Shown here in pieces: positions 1 to 14,000 of a stretch of 64,000 nucleotides of DNA. Within the stretch, counting starts at the first letter, position 1. The number at the start of each line of letters is the position of its first letter. The position numbers and the translations under genes are program-made. The notes beneath the pieces are model-generated. The model saw only the letters and a program-made list of their open reading frames with translations, was not told the DNA's origin and made no database searches. This DNA is from Oikopleura dioica (lineage: Eukaryota > Animalia > Chordata): assembly GCA_907165135.1 (NCBI GenBank), contig OU015567.1, forward strand, positions 7,812,001-7,876,000. The letters run 5' to 3'.

Positions 1-512
1 TATAAATTTCATGCTAGTTAATTCAAATCATAATGTTTGTGTTATATTCAGAATTTTTGAAAAGTACCCTTTCAAAAAAAAAATTTAGCCTCTGGTTCCC
101 GACAAAAAAAATAAAAAATTATAACAAACTCATTATTTTAGGTTATAATTGTTTAGAAATATGGTACTTGAAACTTTGAAGAAAAGAAAACTTACTTTTA
201 AAAAGGATCAGAGTCAAATTCCGGCAGTCAAATTCGGGCGGTTTCCTGAAGATGTGTGTAAGAAAGTCAGCGCCTAGCTTAGAGGCGATATCGGATTGCA
301 ACTGCGAGAAATGCAATTCTGAAAAAGCTGGTGTCAGTCCCGGCCGACGCCAATCATGGTGTTTTTCAGCATTTTTCTACTACGCCTGGGATTGGCCCAG
401 AGTAACTACTGTGGTCGAGAGGGATGGTTTTATACAGGAACAGTTGAATCAAGGAGCATTCCACTATGCTTAGACGTACAGAGAGAATAGGCAAAAGTTC
501 AACTTTCTTAAG

Positions 513-905
513 AAACCGATGCCACCGTCGGATCCTGCTCAAAGTTTTTTGCAAAGCCCTTTACTTGGGAACAAGCGAGAGAAAAATGCTTGAATAAGGT
601 AAAAAAATGAGTTTTTTCCTCATACTCAAACATTATCTTTGCAGGGCGCTCATCTAGCGTCGATAAGAAACGATCGACAGCTCGAAATCTTCCGACAAAA
701 TGCTCCTAGAAACAGCGAATTATGGGTGAACCATCGCCAGAGTGAGAACAGCTGGGCAGATGCGTCTAATTTGCCGATGAGCATGTCGTACGAGATTTCC
801 ATCGAGTCAAGAGCAAGTTCTGATGAATGCGCCGTCATGGATACTTCTGGTAATTTCAAGGCGAGAGACTGCAATGAAAAGCGCACTTTCTTCTGCCAAT
901 ACGAG
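513..905 (+). CDS. C-type lectin domain exons (513-598, 645-905); probably the 5' part of the mucin gene, and the true start may lie upstream
   Basis: Joining across the GT-AG intron 599-644 gives CSKFFAKPFTWEQAREKCLNKGAHLASI...LWV...CAVM...FKARDCNEKRTFFCQYE, which has CTLD cysteine/tryptophan spacing. Confidence 0.8.
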
Positions 906-1504
906 GTAGAGTAGAATGTATAATAATTCTTATTATGCATAATTAAAGGCACCAGTCCGTGGGTGCGAAGCTTTCAAATTCACAACGGTTTTCCGCGAGC
1001 TCGATGACTTTGCTGGAGACTACTCTAGAGGAAAGCGATCCCAAAAATATTTACTCCGTAAAAATATACGACTTTTAAAGTCTTTGAAATTCTATATCGC
1101 TTCTAAGCATCAAGCAGCTCAGGCGAAGATTTGTTTGTGCTATCGAAAGACATCGAATCCAGTGGCACTGACGGCGACAAGGAGGGTATTACTTTAGAGG
1201 TTTTTGTGATTTTTAGCTGATTTTTGTTTTGATACCCTAAACAAAGAAGGCTTTCGTTTCAAAAACAAATGAAAATGGAGATAAGATATGGGCACTTCTT
1301 GATGAGAATCTCAATGTCAAAGCTAAAAGTCTTTATTACTCGTCCTGTCCTGCTGACTCTCAAAGCTGGGTCTATTTGGCAAGATCCGGGAAGTTCGAAG
1401 CTCTATCTATCAATCAGGAAGGATCTTTAGGAAGAGGATGATCAATTCTAACTAAATAACCAAATGCGTGATAGTACTTTTGACATTACACTAGCTATAT
1501 TTAG

Positions 1505-4500
1505 TCAAGATAAGTTTTCATCCAGTTCAAGTTCGCACTGAAAGTTATAACCCCTTCTTCACTACATTCTGTCAGTATTTGATGCCGATTGAGTCAGTAA
1601 TTGGGGTTGCTGAAATCATGAAGCGAGAAACAGATACTTTTGTACACGGGCTTCCGACTTGGACTAATGCTGAAGCACGTATCGAACGACGAGCTAGTGG
1701 CGGATGGAATTTCAAAGATCAAGAAGATCAAATCCTTGCTTATACAGAACAAAACACATTCTGTCCTGGTGATGCCATCAGTTGGACTCTTGTTAGCACT
1801 GGAGGTGAAATCAGCAGTCCCTTCTCACTAGAGAATATCCCAGTCAACTGCATCAAGCTCAAAACTTGGACTGCTGGCCATATTAAAATTTCTGTCAATC
1901 TTAAATCCGGAGCGGAGAAGGCTCTTTTCGAGAAACTTCAATTCCTTACCGATGATTATAACGAGCAATTCTGCTTTTCAGAAGAAATTGAGTCTATTTC
2001 TGTCAGAAACAGCAAAGCAAGCGGATGGTACGGAATGCTGAGAGTTTTTAATCTAGAGGGCGACAATATAAACTACGTTTGCTCTGAAAATTGTGGTGCA
2101 TCAACGGGTCCGACTAACGAAGGCCTCATGGTCAGTGGTGGAAGAACGACTCAAAATGGAGAGTTATGGATGGCGGTCGCGAATTCTTGCATAATGGGCG
2201 AGACTTGCATCTTGAAGCCAAAGTGGACTGTTTACGATGGGGCAATGTGCATAAGTGGAAACGACTGCTTCACGACCGAAGAGACATGTAGCAAGAAAGA
2301 TCTGGTTAATATGGACCCTACTTGTGTCGCATTCGTAGAGAAACTGAGCTCAGGATGCAGATCCCTAAGCTCATGCATTCTAGCGCCTTCTGTTGATGGA
2401 TCTAACAGAGTATCGGTGCTCACTAAGATAACTCTTCTTCATGAAACAACAACAACAGCTGCGACGACAGTTTGGACAACTACTGAATTCACAACACTTG
2501 AACCGACGACAACGTCAACAACGACGACGACAACTCAACAGACGACAACAACGACAGTTATAAAAACAACAAGTACAACAGAATTAACTACCACGAGCAC
2601 CACAACTTCAACAACTAAAACTAATTCTTCAACAAGTGCAGCAACCACAGAAGCACCAGAATCAACGACCAAAGAGCAATCATCTACGACGACCACATCG
2701 ACGACAACATCTACGACAAGCACAACAACAACGACGGCTGAAGAGACCACATCGACGACAACTTCTACTACAAGCACAACAACAACGACGGCTGAAGAAA
2801 CCATGTCGACGACAACTTCTACTACGAGCACAACAACAACGACGGCTGAAGCGACCGCATCGACGACAACCTCTACTACAAGCACAACAACAACGACGGC
2901 TGAAGAAACCACATCGACGTCAACTTCTACTACGAGCACAACAACAACGACAGCTGAAGCGACCACATCGACGACAACTTTCACTACGAGCAAAACAACA
3001 ACGACGGCTGAAGAAACCACATCGACGACAACCTCTACTACAAGCACAACAACAACGACGGCTGAAGGGACCACATCGACGTCAACTTCTACTACAAGCA
3101 CAACAACAACGACAAGTACCACTACAACGACATCAACTTCGACAGCGGAACAAACCACAGAAGCGCCAACGACTGAGCAGACAAGTACCACTACAACGAC
3201 ATCAACTTCGACAGCGGATCAAACCACGATAGCGCCAACGACTGAGCAGACAAGTACCACTAAAACGACATCAACTTCGACTACGAGCACAACAACAACG
3301 ACGGCTGAAGCGACCACATCGACGACAACCTCTACTACAAGCACAACAACAACGACGGCTGAAGAAACCACATCGACGACAACTTCTACTACAAGCACAA
3401 CAACAACGACGGCTGAAGAGACCACATCGACGACAACTTCTACTACGAGCACAACAACAACGACGGCTGAAGCGACCGCATCGACGACAACCTCTACTAC
3501 AAGCACAACAACAACGACGGCTGAAGAAACCAAATCGACGACAACTTCTACTACAAGCACAGCAACAACGACGGCTGATGAAACCACATCGACGTCAATT
3601 TCTACTACAAGCACAACAACAACGACGGCTGAAGGGACCACATCGACGTCAACTTCTACTACAAGCACAACAACAACGACAAGTACCACTACAACGACAT
3701 CAACTTCGACAGCGGAACAAACCACAGAAGCGCCAACGACTGAGCAGACAAGTACCACTACAACGACATCAACTTCGACAGCGGATCAAACCACGATAGC
3801 GCCAACGACTGAGCAGACAAGTACCACTACAACGACATCAACTTCGACTACGAGCACAACAACAACGACGGCTGAAGCGACCACATCGACGACAACTTCT
3901 ACTACAAGCACAACAACAACGACGGCTGAAGCGACCACATCGACGACAACTTCTACTACAAGCACAACAACAACGACGGCTGAAGAAACCACATCGACGT
4001 CAACTTCTACTACGAGCACAACAACAACGACGGCTGAAGAAACCACATCGACGTCAACTTCTACTACGAGCACAACAACAACGACGGCTGAAGCGACCAC
4101 ATCGACGACAACTTCTACTACAAGCACAACAACAACGACGGCTGAAGAAACCACATCGACGTCAACTTCTACTACGAGCACAACAACAACGACGGCTGAA
4201 GCGACCACATCGACGACAACCTCTACTACAAGCACAACAACAACAACGGCTGAAGAAACCACATCGATGTCATTTTCTACTACGAGCACAACAACAACGA
4301 CGGCTGAAGCGACCACATCGACGACAACCTCTACTACAAGAACAACAACAACAACGGCTGAAGAAACCACATCGACGACAACATCTACTACAAGCACACC
4401 AACAACAACGGCTGAAGAAACCACATCGACGTCAACTTCTACTACGAGCACAACAACAACGACGGCTGAAGGGACCACATCGACGTCAACTTCTACTACA

Positions 4501-7500
4501 AGCACAACAACAACGACGGCTGAAGAAACCACATCGACGTCAACTTCTACTACGAGCACAACAACAACGACGGCTGAAGCGACCACATCGACGACAACCT
4601 CTACTACAAGCACAACAACAACAACGGCTGAAGAAACCACATCGACGTCAACTACCACTACGAGCACAACAACAACGACGGCTGAAGGGACCACATCGAC
4701 GTCAACTTCTACTACAAGCACAACAACAACGACGGCTGAACAAACCACATCGACGTCAACTTCTACTACGAGCACAACAACAACGACGGCTGAAGCGACC
4801 ACATCGACGACAACTTCTACTACAAGCACAGCAACAACGACGGCTGAAGAAACCACATCGACGTCAATTTCTACTACAAGCACAACAACAACGACGGCTG
4901 AAGAAACCACATCGACGTCAACTTCTACTACGAGCACAACAACAACGACGGCTGAAGAAACCACATCGACGTCACCTTCTACTACGAGCACAACAACAAC
5001 GACGGCTGAAGAAACCACATCGACGTCACCTTCTACTACGAGCACAACAACAACGACGGCTGAAGCGACCACATCAACGACAACTTTTACTACGAGCACA
5101 ACAACAACGACGGCTGAAGCGACCACATCGACGACAACCTCTACTACAAGCACAGCAACAATGACGGCTGATGAAACCAAATCGACGACAACTTCTACTA
5201 CAAGCACAGCAACAACGACGGCTGATGAAACCACATCGACGTCAATTTCTACTACAAGCACAGCAACAACGACGGCTGAAGCGACCACATCGACGACAAC
5301 TTCTACTACAAGCACAACAACAACGACGGCTGAAGAAACCACATTGACTGAGCAGACAAGTACCACTACAAGCTCGACAACCACCACCACTACAACGACA
5401 TCAACTTCGACAGCGGAACAAACCACAGAAGCGCCAACGACTGAGCAGACAAGTACCACTACAGCCACAACATCCACCACCACTACAACGACATCAACTT
5501 CGACAGCGGAACAAACCACAGAAGCGCCAACGACTGAGCAGACAAGTACCACTACAGCCACAACATCCACCACCACTACAACGACATCAACTTCGACAGC
5601 GGATCAAACCACGATAGCACCAACGACTGAGCAGACAAGTAGCACTACAACGACATCAACTTCGACAGCGGAACAAACCACAGAAGCGCCAACGACTGAG
5701 CAGACAAGAACCACTACAACCACAACATCCACCACAACTACAACGACATCAACTTCGACAGCGGATCAAACCACAGAAGCGCCAACGACTGAGCAGACAA
5801 GTACCACTACAAGCTCGACAACCACCACCACTACAACGACATCAACTTCGACAGCGGAACAAGCCACAGAAGCGCCAACGACTGAGCAGACAAGTACCAC
5901 TACAAGCTCGACAACCACCACCACTACAACGACATCAACTTCGACAGCGGAACAAGCCACAGAAGCGCCAACGACTGAGCAGACAAGTACCACTACAAGC
6001 TCGACAACCACCACCACTACAACGACATCAACTTCGACAGCGGAACAAGCCACAGAAGCGCCAACGACTGAGCAGACAAGTACCACTACAAGCTCGACAA
6101 CCACCACCACTACAACGACATTAATTTCGACAGCGGATCAAACCACGGAAGCACCGACGACTGAGCAGACAAGTACCACTACAAGCTCGACAACCACCAC
6201 CACTACAACGACATCAACTTCGACAGCGGTTCAAACCACAGAAGCGCCAATGACTGAGCAGACAAGTACCACTACAAGCACAACTTCTTCCACAAGCACT
6301 TTTCAATCAACAACAGCCCCCACTACCCAAGCTACAGGAACTTCGTCAACAATTGGAACAACGAGTTCAACAACTACTGTTGATATACACACTCAGTTTC
6401 AATACGGTAGATTCATTTTGAGGAACGAGGTTTGCTCGGATATTCATGTGCCTTCTGTTTCCGTCAGCGACATTGATTTGAATGCTTGCTTAGAAAAATG
6501 CTATAAAAATGATGATGAAATTGTTTTCAACTGCAATTTTGTCATTTGGGAACATGACCGGTGCAGTCTTTACGAGTTCTGTTATCAGAGAGAGCCACGA
6601 ACTGATTCTGATAGTTCAATGATAACCGGAGAAATGCAAAGACAATGTTTCCCAGACTATGTTGACAGTTATTCTGAAGACTGTGAAATCTATGGTGATG
6701 CATATTGCACAATTACGGGTGTATATACCTCTGGGTGGAAGAAATCGTGGGGACCATTCGAGAGTTGGAGCGAAAATAAAGTCTCTGGATGGAACTGTCC
6801 TGAGTGTGGCTGTGACTATTATGCTGATATTGAGACAACAACGGAACAAATCACAACAACTGAGTACTATACAGACTCAACAACTACATCCACAACAACC
6901 ACTACCACTTCTACAACGAAGACAACTTCATATGATTACACAACTACGTCAACAACTACAACTTCGACTACATCGACCACTACCACTACGACTTCGACAA
7001 CTTCAACTACATCAACGACTACCACAACGACTTCTACAACGACCTCTACTACGACGTCTACAACAACAAGCAGTACTACCACAGATGAAAAGACAACAAG
7101 TTCAACTGTTGTATCATCATGCGATTCTTCTATGCTTACTTCTGGAGCTGAATTCTTAGGAAAGCCCATTACTACAGTAGCTAACGGCGAATCTGTTTCG
7201 GTCAAATGCCAAGAAGGCTTGGTGAATACGGCTGCAAAGAACAAAGTTTCGCATACATGCGTCTGCGACGATTCTGGCTGCGATCTCATCCAAAAACAAC
7301 CATTTAGGTAAATGATTTGTTCATCAACAAATAAAAACGATTTCAGATGCGTTAAAGATGAAGACTGTCCAATGCCTTTCTGGTTTGGCGCAATGAGCCA
7401 CGAAGTTGTTAGCAGACGACGAAACTGGGCACTTATAAATGGTCTTCATTAGATTTCATGTCATTTTTTAAATTTTGCTTTAGCTAAAATCCAAGCTGTT

Positions 7501-8000
7501 ATCGACAGCGACAAAGGTTGGGACGCAAAATTCTGGCGCAAAACTGACTGGACAGTTGTCTTCGTGTGTCCATTCGATGTCACAGGTGCATCTGACACCG
7601 GAAGATTATCATTTGATCTCGAAGCTCGCTATGGTTCTACTTCTAACGATGGCAAGATCTGGTAAAGAAAACAATTTAAGCTTCTTACTAAATTTGATCT
7701 AGGGCATTTACTGGCCGAGAAGGAACAGAGATCAGATCCCAGAAGAAGAATGACTTCCAGTTCGCTATTGATACGCCTGATGGAATTATCAAATGGGAAC
7801 TTGGAAAGAATCAGTACACTTGCGAGGTAAAACCTGAAATCTTTTAGTTAGGATGCCTATATGAAAATTACCTTATTCAGGTCGGTATTGCACCAGTGGA
7901 TAGAAAGGACTTAGCCACTTGTCTATTCGATACTTACGGCGAAAACCTGACTAAATTCTTGAAAACCAAAGAAGACAAATTCCCGAAGCTAAGAAATTGA
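1505..8000 (+). CDS. Giant secreted Thr/Ser-rich mucin with Cys-rich, PAN/apple-like and sushi-like modules (oikosin-like house protein candidate)
   Basis: 1910-aa ORF continues through four short GT-AG introns (first 7308-7346, second 7442-7483) to TGA at 7998-8000; AATAAA at 8111. Confidence 0.85.
2690..6290 (+). repeat. Coding minisatellite of the mucin: 54-nt unit (TAEETTSTTTSTTSTTTT) and about 93-nt unit (TSTSTAEQATEAPTTEQTSTTTSS...)
   Basis: Tandem units are directly visible; the 93-nt period was checked at 5839 versus 5932. Confidence 0.95.
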
Positions 8001-9399
8001 GCTCTTTCGACACTACCTTAACTCTTACTAACCCAATGAACGAAATAATATAACTGCGCAGCCGTGTATAATCAAATATTTTGATGAATACCGCTAGTTA
8101 GAAGTTCATAAATAAATCATAAACTTTTCAAACTAAATAACTTAGGTGTGATGTCAAAATCTGGCAGGCAGCAGGTCGTTTCCTTTCATTTCCTATTAGT
8201 TTTTAAGATAGTAAATTTTTATCGCCATCTTGCGGTCCAATCAAAGATTTGGAGCCGGGTGCGGTCTTTGAGAATATTTCAGAGAGTGTGAATTCTAGTG
8301 TAAGGTAGGCGATAATCTAAAATGAGAGAAGACAGAATTTTAACAACCTTCAAAGGTTTTCGAGAAATTTTGCCCTGAAATTCAAGGCTTGAATCAATAA
8401 ACTTGACAACTAGGGCCCGTTCGCCCAACCTTCTCTAAAGGGAGTCCATCTGTTCCTCAAGTCTTTCCATCAATAAATATTCGCCCGTTCCAAAGAAAGG
8501 GAATGTTTAATTCTTGGAAAAGTTTGCGTCCCAGATCCGGCAAATAAAACTATTTCCGGCATTTTATGGGTAATCGGAGGATAAGGCACCCGCTCAGTGC
8601 CGGAGACCATGAACCGTGAAATAATAAAAAGGGATTTGTTTATTATTCTCCAAGCACCAGTTGACTTCTTAGACAAGTAGGCCTGGTTACTTCAGCCTTT
8701 AGTAAATTGGATCTTTTTATAGCTGTGCAATATTTATCAGTTTGGACATCATGATATGCAAATGAGCTCTTCAAAGTGGACAAGGCTTGACACCAGGCCA
8801 GAAGTAAACTTGTGAGAGAATAAAAACAAAGGCTATAATCCAAGCAAATGATCTCCAGCGGTAATCAGCCTCGATTCTCAATCATTAATACTTCTTTGCC
8901 AGTTCTCGATGCTTCTGCAAATCATGAGATTTTTACAGCTGAGAACTGATCAAAACTTGAAATGAGGAAAGCAAATCTGAAAGCCCTGAAATTTATGGTA
9001 CATTTCCTGGCTACTGTCCAAACCAAAAGAGCAGCGTATAAAAACGGGCGACCTTTAACGAGTTCCTTTATTATTCAACCCTTCAAAGGACGGATTATCA
9101 TCTGGTCAATTAATCGTGTTTTCCATTCTAATCAATATCCCCTTGGAAGTTATAATAAATTAACAAGCTGGGCGAGCTCGGCGCTCCTGAGGCCGTCAAT
9201 GTCCGGCTCCTGGCTAGACAAGGGCGACAGGGCGAAAAAAATCCCCCCAAAAGTCGAGCTCCATTTTTTTCAAAAATCAATTGTTAGGCGGGTGACGAAA
9301 TCAGCACGAGATTTATCAACACCACAGCAAGACTGAATCAACTTATCCTGAATTCAAATTTCATGCTTTAGAAACCAAGTACAGAGAGATTGAAGAAAA

Positions 9400-10264
9400 A
9401 TGAAAATCTCCGCACTCTTCCTCGTCCAATTTTCATACGGTAAGAAAAAACACTAAGCCTAACCCATAAATTATGTTATATAAGGGTGTCACTATGTTGA
9501 TGAGAAAATCTAAAGTAGATTCCAATTATTGATCACTATTCTTTTAAAATTACCCTTTTCCAGCTTTGAAATGTTATCATTGCTCGGACAGCCGCGAATG
9601 TGTCAAAAACACCGAAGACTCCTGCCCCGAAAGCACCACTAGTTTCTGCTTCCTCGACAATACCTACTGGAGCGGACAGGATCAAGCCCCCGAAGGAAGT
9701 CTTTACTGCAACACTTTGGCCGACCTAAACAACATTGGTGTGAACCCAATAATCGCGAAAAAAGTTCGAGCTGAGCTGCGAAAAGACAAAAATGAAATTT
9801 ACGAGTGCAGCGAAAATATGGGCTTGTACACGTGCTACCACATTTGTTTCACAGGTTTATACAAAAAATTCTTTTTGAAAGTCTAACTCTAAGTTTTAGA
9901 TTACTGTAATAGCAAGTACCATAACGCGACAAAAGATGACGATTTCTCAAGCGAGCTCGATTACGACAACGGAATGATTATTCCGGATATAAATGAAGAA
10001 TTCAAAGTCCCGACAGCGCAGACGCCAGAAATAATCGAATTGGACTACAATTTTGAAACAGAAATCGCGCCAGAAGAGAAGAAAACAAGTAAGAAAGAAG
10101 AGATTATTGAAGAAGTTGTCAATCTCATCGAGCCGGAAATGGAGAAGATAACTGCTGGAGCTCAGGTTCCTATTCATATAAGAACGGAAGACGGCCAGTC
10201 AGGCTCCCGATCCTTCGCCTTCTCTGTTTTCATCCTCACAGCTTTAGTTTTACTCCTCTTATAA
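9400..10264 (+). CDS. Ly6/uPAR (three-finger)-like GPI-anchored protein; exons 9400-9439, 9564-9854, 9900-10264
   Basis: Signal peptide MKISALFLVQFSYA, LKCYHC start, 10 Cys ending in YCN, acidic stalk and hydrophobic C-terminal tail; both introns are GT-AG and in frame; AATAAA follows. Confidence 0.8.
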
Positions 10265-10370
10265 TCCTCCCGTCTCGAATATCATATGACTTACTTTGTG
10301 AATAAATAAACGAGATTCTCCATAAATATAAGTATTTGTGTTCTTAGATCTAATAAGAAGCTCCTTCAGG

Positions 10371-10882
10371 GAATGACGACTAGGTTCGTAAGGACTAGGT
10401 TCGTGTGACTAGGTTCGTGGTGGGTTCTATTGAAATCGGCCTATATTTTGGGGCAGTAAGGGAAATGGGTTGATGACTAGGTTCGTGTGACTAGGTTCGT
10501 GAAATTTTAAATAGAAAAACTTTTGGGGCAGTAAGGGAAACGGGTTGATGACTAGGTTCGTGATGACTAGGTTCGTTTGACTAGGTTCGTGGAATTTGGA
10601 TTTTAAATAATTTTTAAAATTTGGCAAATATAGTCCCACATTTTCTCTATTTTAAATTTCACGAATCTAGTCACACGAACCTAGTCATCAACCCGTTTCC
10701 TTTACTGCCCCAAAAATTTTTCTATTTAAAATTTCACGAACCTAGTCACACGAACCTAGTCATCAACCCATTTCCCTTTCTGCCCGAAAATGCTGAAAAT
10801 ACAAAAAAAATACATATAAAAATCCAAATTCCACGAACCTAGTCACACGAACCTAGTCCTCACGAACCTAGTCATCGGTCTC
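10371..10882. mobile_element. MITE with inverted arrays of GACTAGGTTCGT and a 10-bp TSD (Mutator-like)
   Basis: CTCCTTCAGG at 10361-10370 and 10883-10892; the left half repeats gactaggttcgt and the right half acgaacctagtc. Confidence 0.75.
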
Positions 10883-11093
10883 CTCCTTCAGGATCTTCAC
10901 GAACATTTATCAGCCATTGCTAGTTTCAAATGGTGTTTTACCTTGGTCAAATCTGAATTTGGAAAATAATATGCAAATTTGTCAGAATGTTAGAAGATTG
11001 CTTTATCTATCAGCTGCATGTTTGAGAATTGATTAGTAGAAAAGAACCATCGCGAGAGCTTTCATTCTTCTTTTTTCTTCGCTAGAAGTAGGA

Positions 11094-14000
11094 ATGAAGT
11101 TATTTTACTATTTGGCTTTGCTGGCCGTAATATCTGATGCCGGAAAGGCTAAGAAAGCAGCGAAGAAGAACAGTGCCTCAAATGATGTTGCAACCGAAGA
11201 TACCGATTCAGCAGAGATAGAGGAACCTAAAAAGACCGGCAAGTGGGCAAAAAAGCAAGAAAAGAAAAAAGGTAAAGCTGATTCCTCGGACGAATCTGCT
11301 CCCGACGAGCCTGGTTGTGTCAAGAAAGGCAAATGTGATAAAGGAAACAAAGCTAAGAAGGTAAAAGGCGAAGTCGAGAAAGAGGTTGTAGAAGAAGCTG
11401 CTGAAGAAGAAGCTGTTGAAGAAGAAGCTGTTGAAGAAAAAGAAGTTGATACTGAGTTGTCGCAGCCGGATTCGGAAAGAAATATTGGCGCGATCTTCAG
11501 TCATTTACTTGGTCAAGGTGATACCAATGATGATAAAAAAGAAACAGTTAAAACTACCAAGAAGCCCAAAACAACACAAGCTCCAACAAAGAAACCAAAA
11601 AACACTACATCGCCAACGAAGAAGCCAAAGAAGACCACAACAGCAACAACAGCGAAGGAATCAAAGAAACCTGGTAAATGGGCTGGTAAATGGAATAAAG
11701 AAAAAGGTAAAGGGAACAAAAAAGAGGTAAAAGAATCGACAACTATTGCACCAATAACAACAACCTCGACAACTACAACTACAACATCGCCAGATGAAAC
11801 GACGGTTACAACGATTCCCACCACGACAGAAGGAGTCACAGTCGAGATCAATGCCGTCATCGAACCTGAATCATCAGACAACGATACAAGAACTGTAGAT
11901 GACGCTGATACGATCATTGAAGAAACAGTCGAGGAAGTTGCTCCACCTCCAAAGCCAACAACAATGTGGGATGTTTTCCGACGAATCAAAGAAAATCTCC
12001 CACCACTGATTCCAACGACTCAGCCAGAGCTTACCACATATGTTCCTTACGGAAATGAAGCGAGAGAGTTTTTTCACGCTATTCTCGATAGTGATGATGT
12101 TGCAATGCCCTGTATCAATGGAGAGCATCAGTGTAATGAGCATGCTACTTGTTATCCAGATCCTCTGTCAGTTGAAGGCTACGCTTGCAAGTGCAGAGCT
12201 GGACTCAAAGGACACGGTAAGAAAAACCTTCCTGTGGTCTGGAGCACCGATGTAGAGCCTTCGAATGAGATTTTCTGGACTACCTTTGCCGAACAAGTTT
12301 CTCTCGTCCCAGAGCTGACAACTGCGTTCGGCCTCAACGATGAGAATAGCAGAACTATCAGTGACATTGCAGACCGTGTTAAGAGCATGGCTGTTCCTGG
12401 AAGAAAAGGTACGAACGAAGAGGGGCTTTGGTTTCTGAAAGATTCAATGGTTTTTAACGCTGGCGAAGTGCAAGGCTGCGTAAACATCGACGAATGTGCA
12501 GAAGAAAACAAACCAGTGAACGCTAACAAGCCACGATTATGCCAACATACTCAACAATGCTTGGATAAGGATCCCGTTGAGAAATATGATGAAGAAACGA
12601 AAGAATATGGACCATTATATGAGTGCGAAACAGATTTTACTAAATTCTGCGCTCTTGGGCTCCACAATTGTCATGCACTCGCTGACTGTCTACCAGCATT
12701 CGATCAAGAGGATCCAACAAACTCTACTGGCATCTACTGCCAGTGCAAATCTGGATTCACATCCGCTAAGGGAACTGCTCATGTAGATGACCAATGCTTA
12801 GATATAAATGAATGCGAGGAATACGGACTCGACCTTTGTCCAGGTGCCGATCTTCGTTGCTTCAACACAATTGGATCGTATAAATGCGTCGCTAGAAATC
12901 CTACTAGTCATCCAGATGATTTTGACTTGTATCCGATTTATACGCCAATCGAGAATGTAACACCTACTGCAAGACCTACGACTCTTCCTGATACTCTGCC
13001 ACTCTGTGACCAACAAGATCCACTGGTGATTCAACTTCAAGCAGAGCAAGAGCAGCTTCAAATCGCAACAAACTACTGGAATAACCAAAAAGATAAAGCC
13101 AATCAGCGAGGAATCGGTGGTTTCATCGATGAACCCTGCCAAGATGATACTTGTGGATACAACGGACATTGCATTCCCCGTTCCCTTTCCACTCCATGGG
13201 AATCACTCTGCATCTGCGACGCTGGATTCTCAGGACTCAGATGTGAGATTAATCTGATGAGCGGTGGTGCTGCAGCTGGAGCAAGATATGGCGGAGCGAA
13301 AACATGTCAAGAAATCAAGGTTTATCCAGGAGATAAGGGAACTATTGAGATATTCGCGAAAAACAACGATCTCTACGACATCGCTTGCTTCCGATTTATT
13401 ACTCGGCCATCGTCAAACACTGCGCTCCATTTCCGATTTGGAAATGACGGTGGATGCGCTTACAACCCTGATTTGCCGAAATGCGCCCGATATCAATCGT
13501 ACTGGCTTGCACTTGATAATGGTGTTGACGAAGTTGATACTAAGCGACTCATTGAGTACCAATCGGAAGCATGGAAGTGGATCTGCGAATCTGATCACGA
13601 TCCTCATTTTCTCGGAGGACATACGCATTTCATCGAAAAAGAAAGAAGCTCGATCACTCTTATCTATCAGCCAACGGCTATGTCGGTCATGCGAGAAGCT
13701 GTCCGTCTCGACTACGAGGCCGATATTGATGAATGCACTCTTGGCATCCATGAATGTCACGTCGAAGCTAACTGCTTCAACAAACTCAAGGGCGATCCTA
13801 CCTATGATTACAGAGGGTACGACTGCATCTGCAAAAAGGCTGGGTTGGCGATGGCTTTGTTATGTGCATCAACGAATATTTCCAAAATCAGCTTTCAGCG
13901 ATGATCAACGACCGAATTCCACCGCTTCTCAACAGACTAAATATCCTCTCTGAAGAGATCGCTTCTACCCTGCTCAACATGCGAGGAGTCAAATACGATT

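Noticed and set aside
2535-6110. Long poly-Val ORFs on the minus strand and Gln/Arg-rich alternative-frame ORFs
   Set aside because: They are automatic antisense or shifted readings of the ACN-rich mucin repeat.
8160-9360. Possible degraded retroelement fragment
   Set aside because: Only short broken ORFs; no RT, integrase or endonuclease motif, LTR or TSD could be supported.
13830-13845. Programmed -1 ribosomal frameshift
   Set aside because: C_AAA_AAG is not a canonical X_XXY_YYZ heptamer, and similar indels recur elsewhere in the window.
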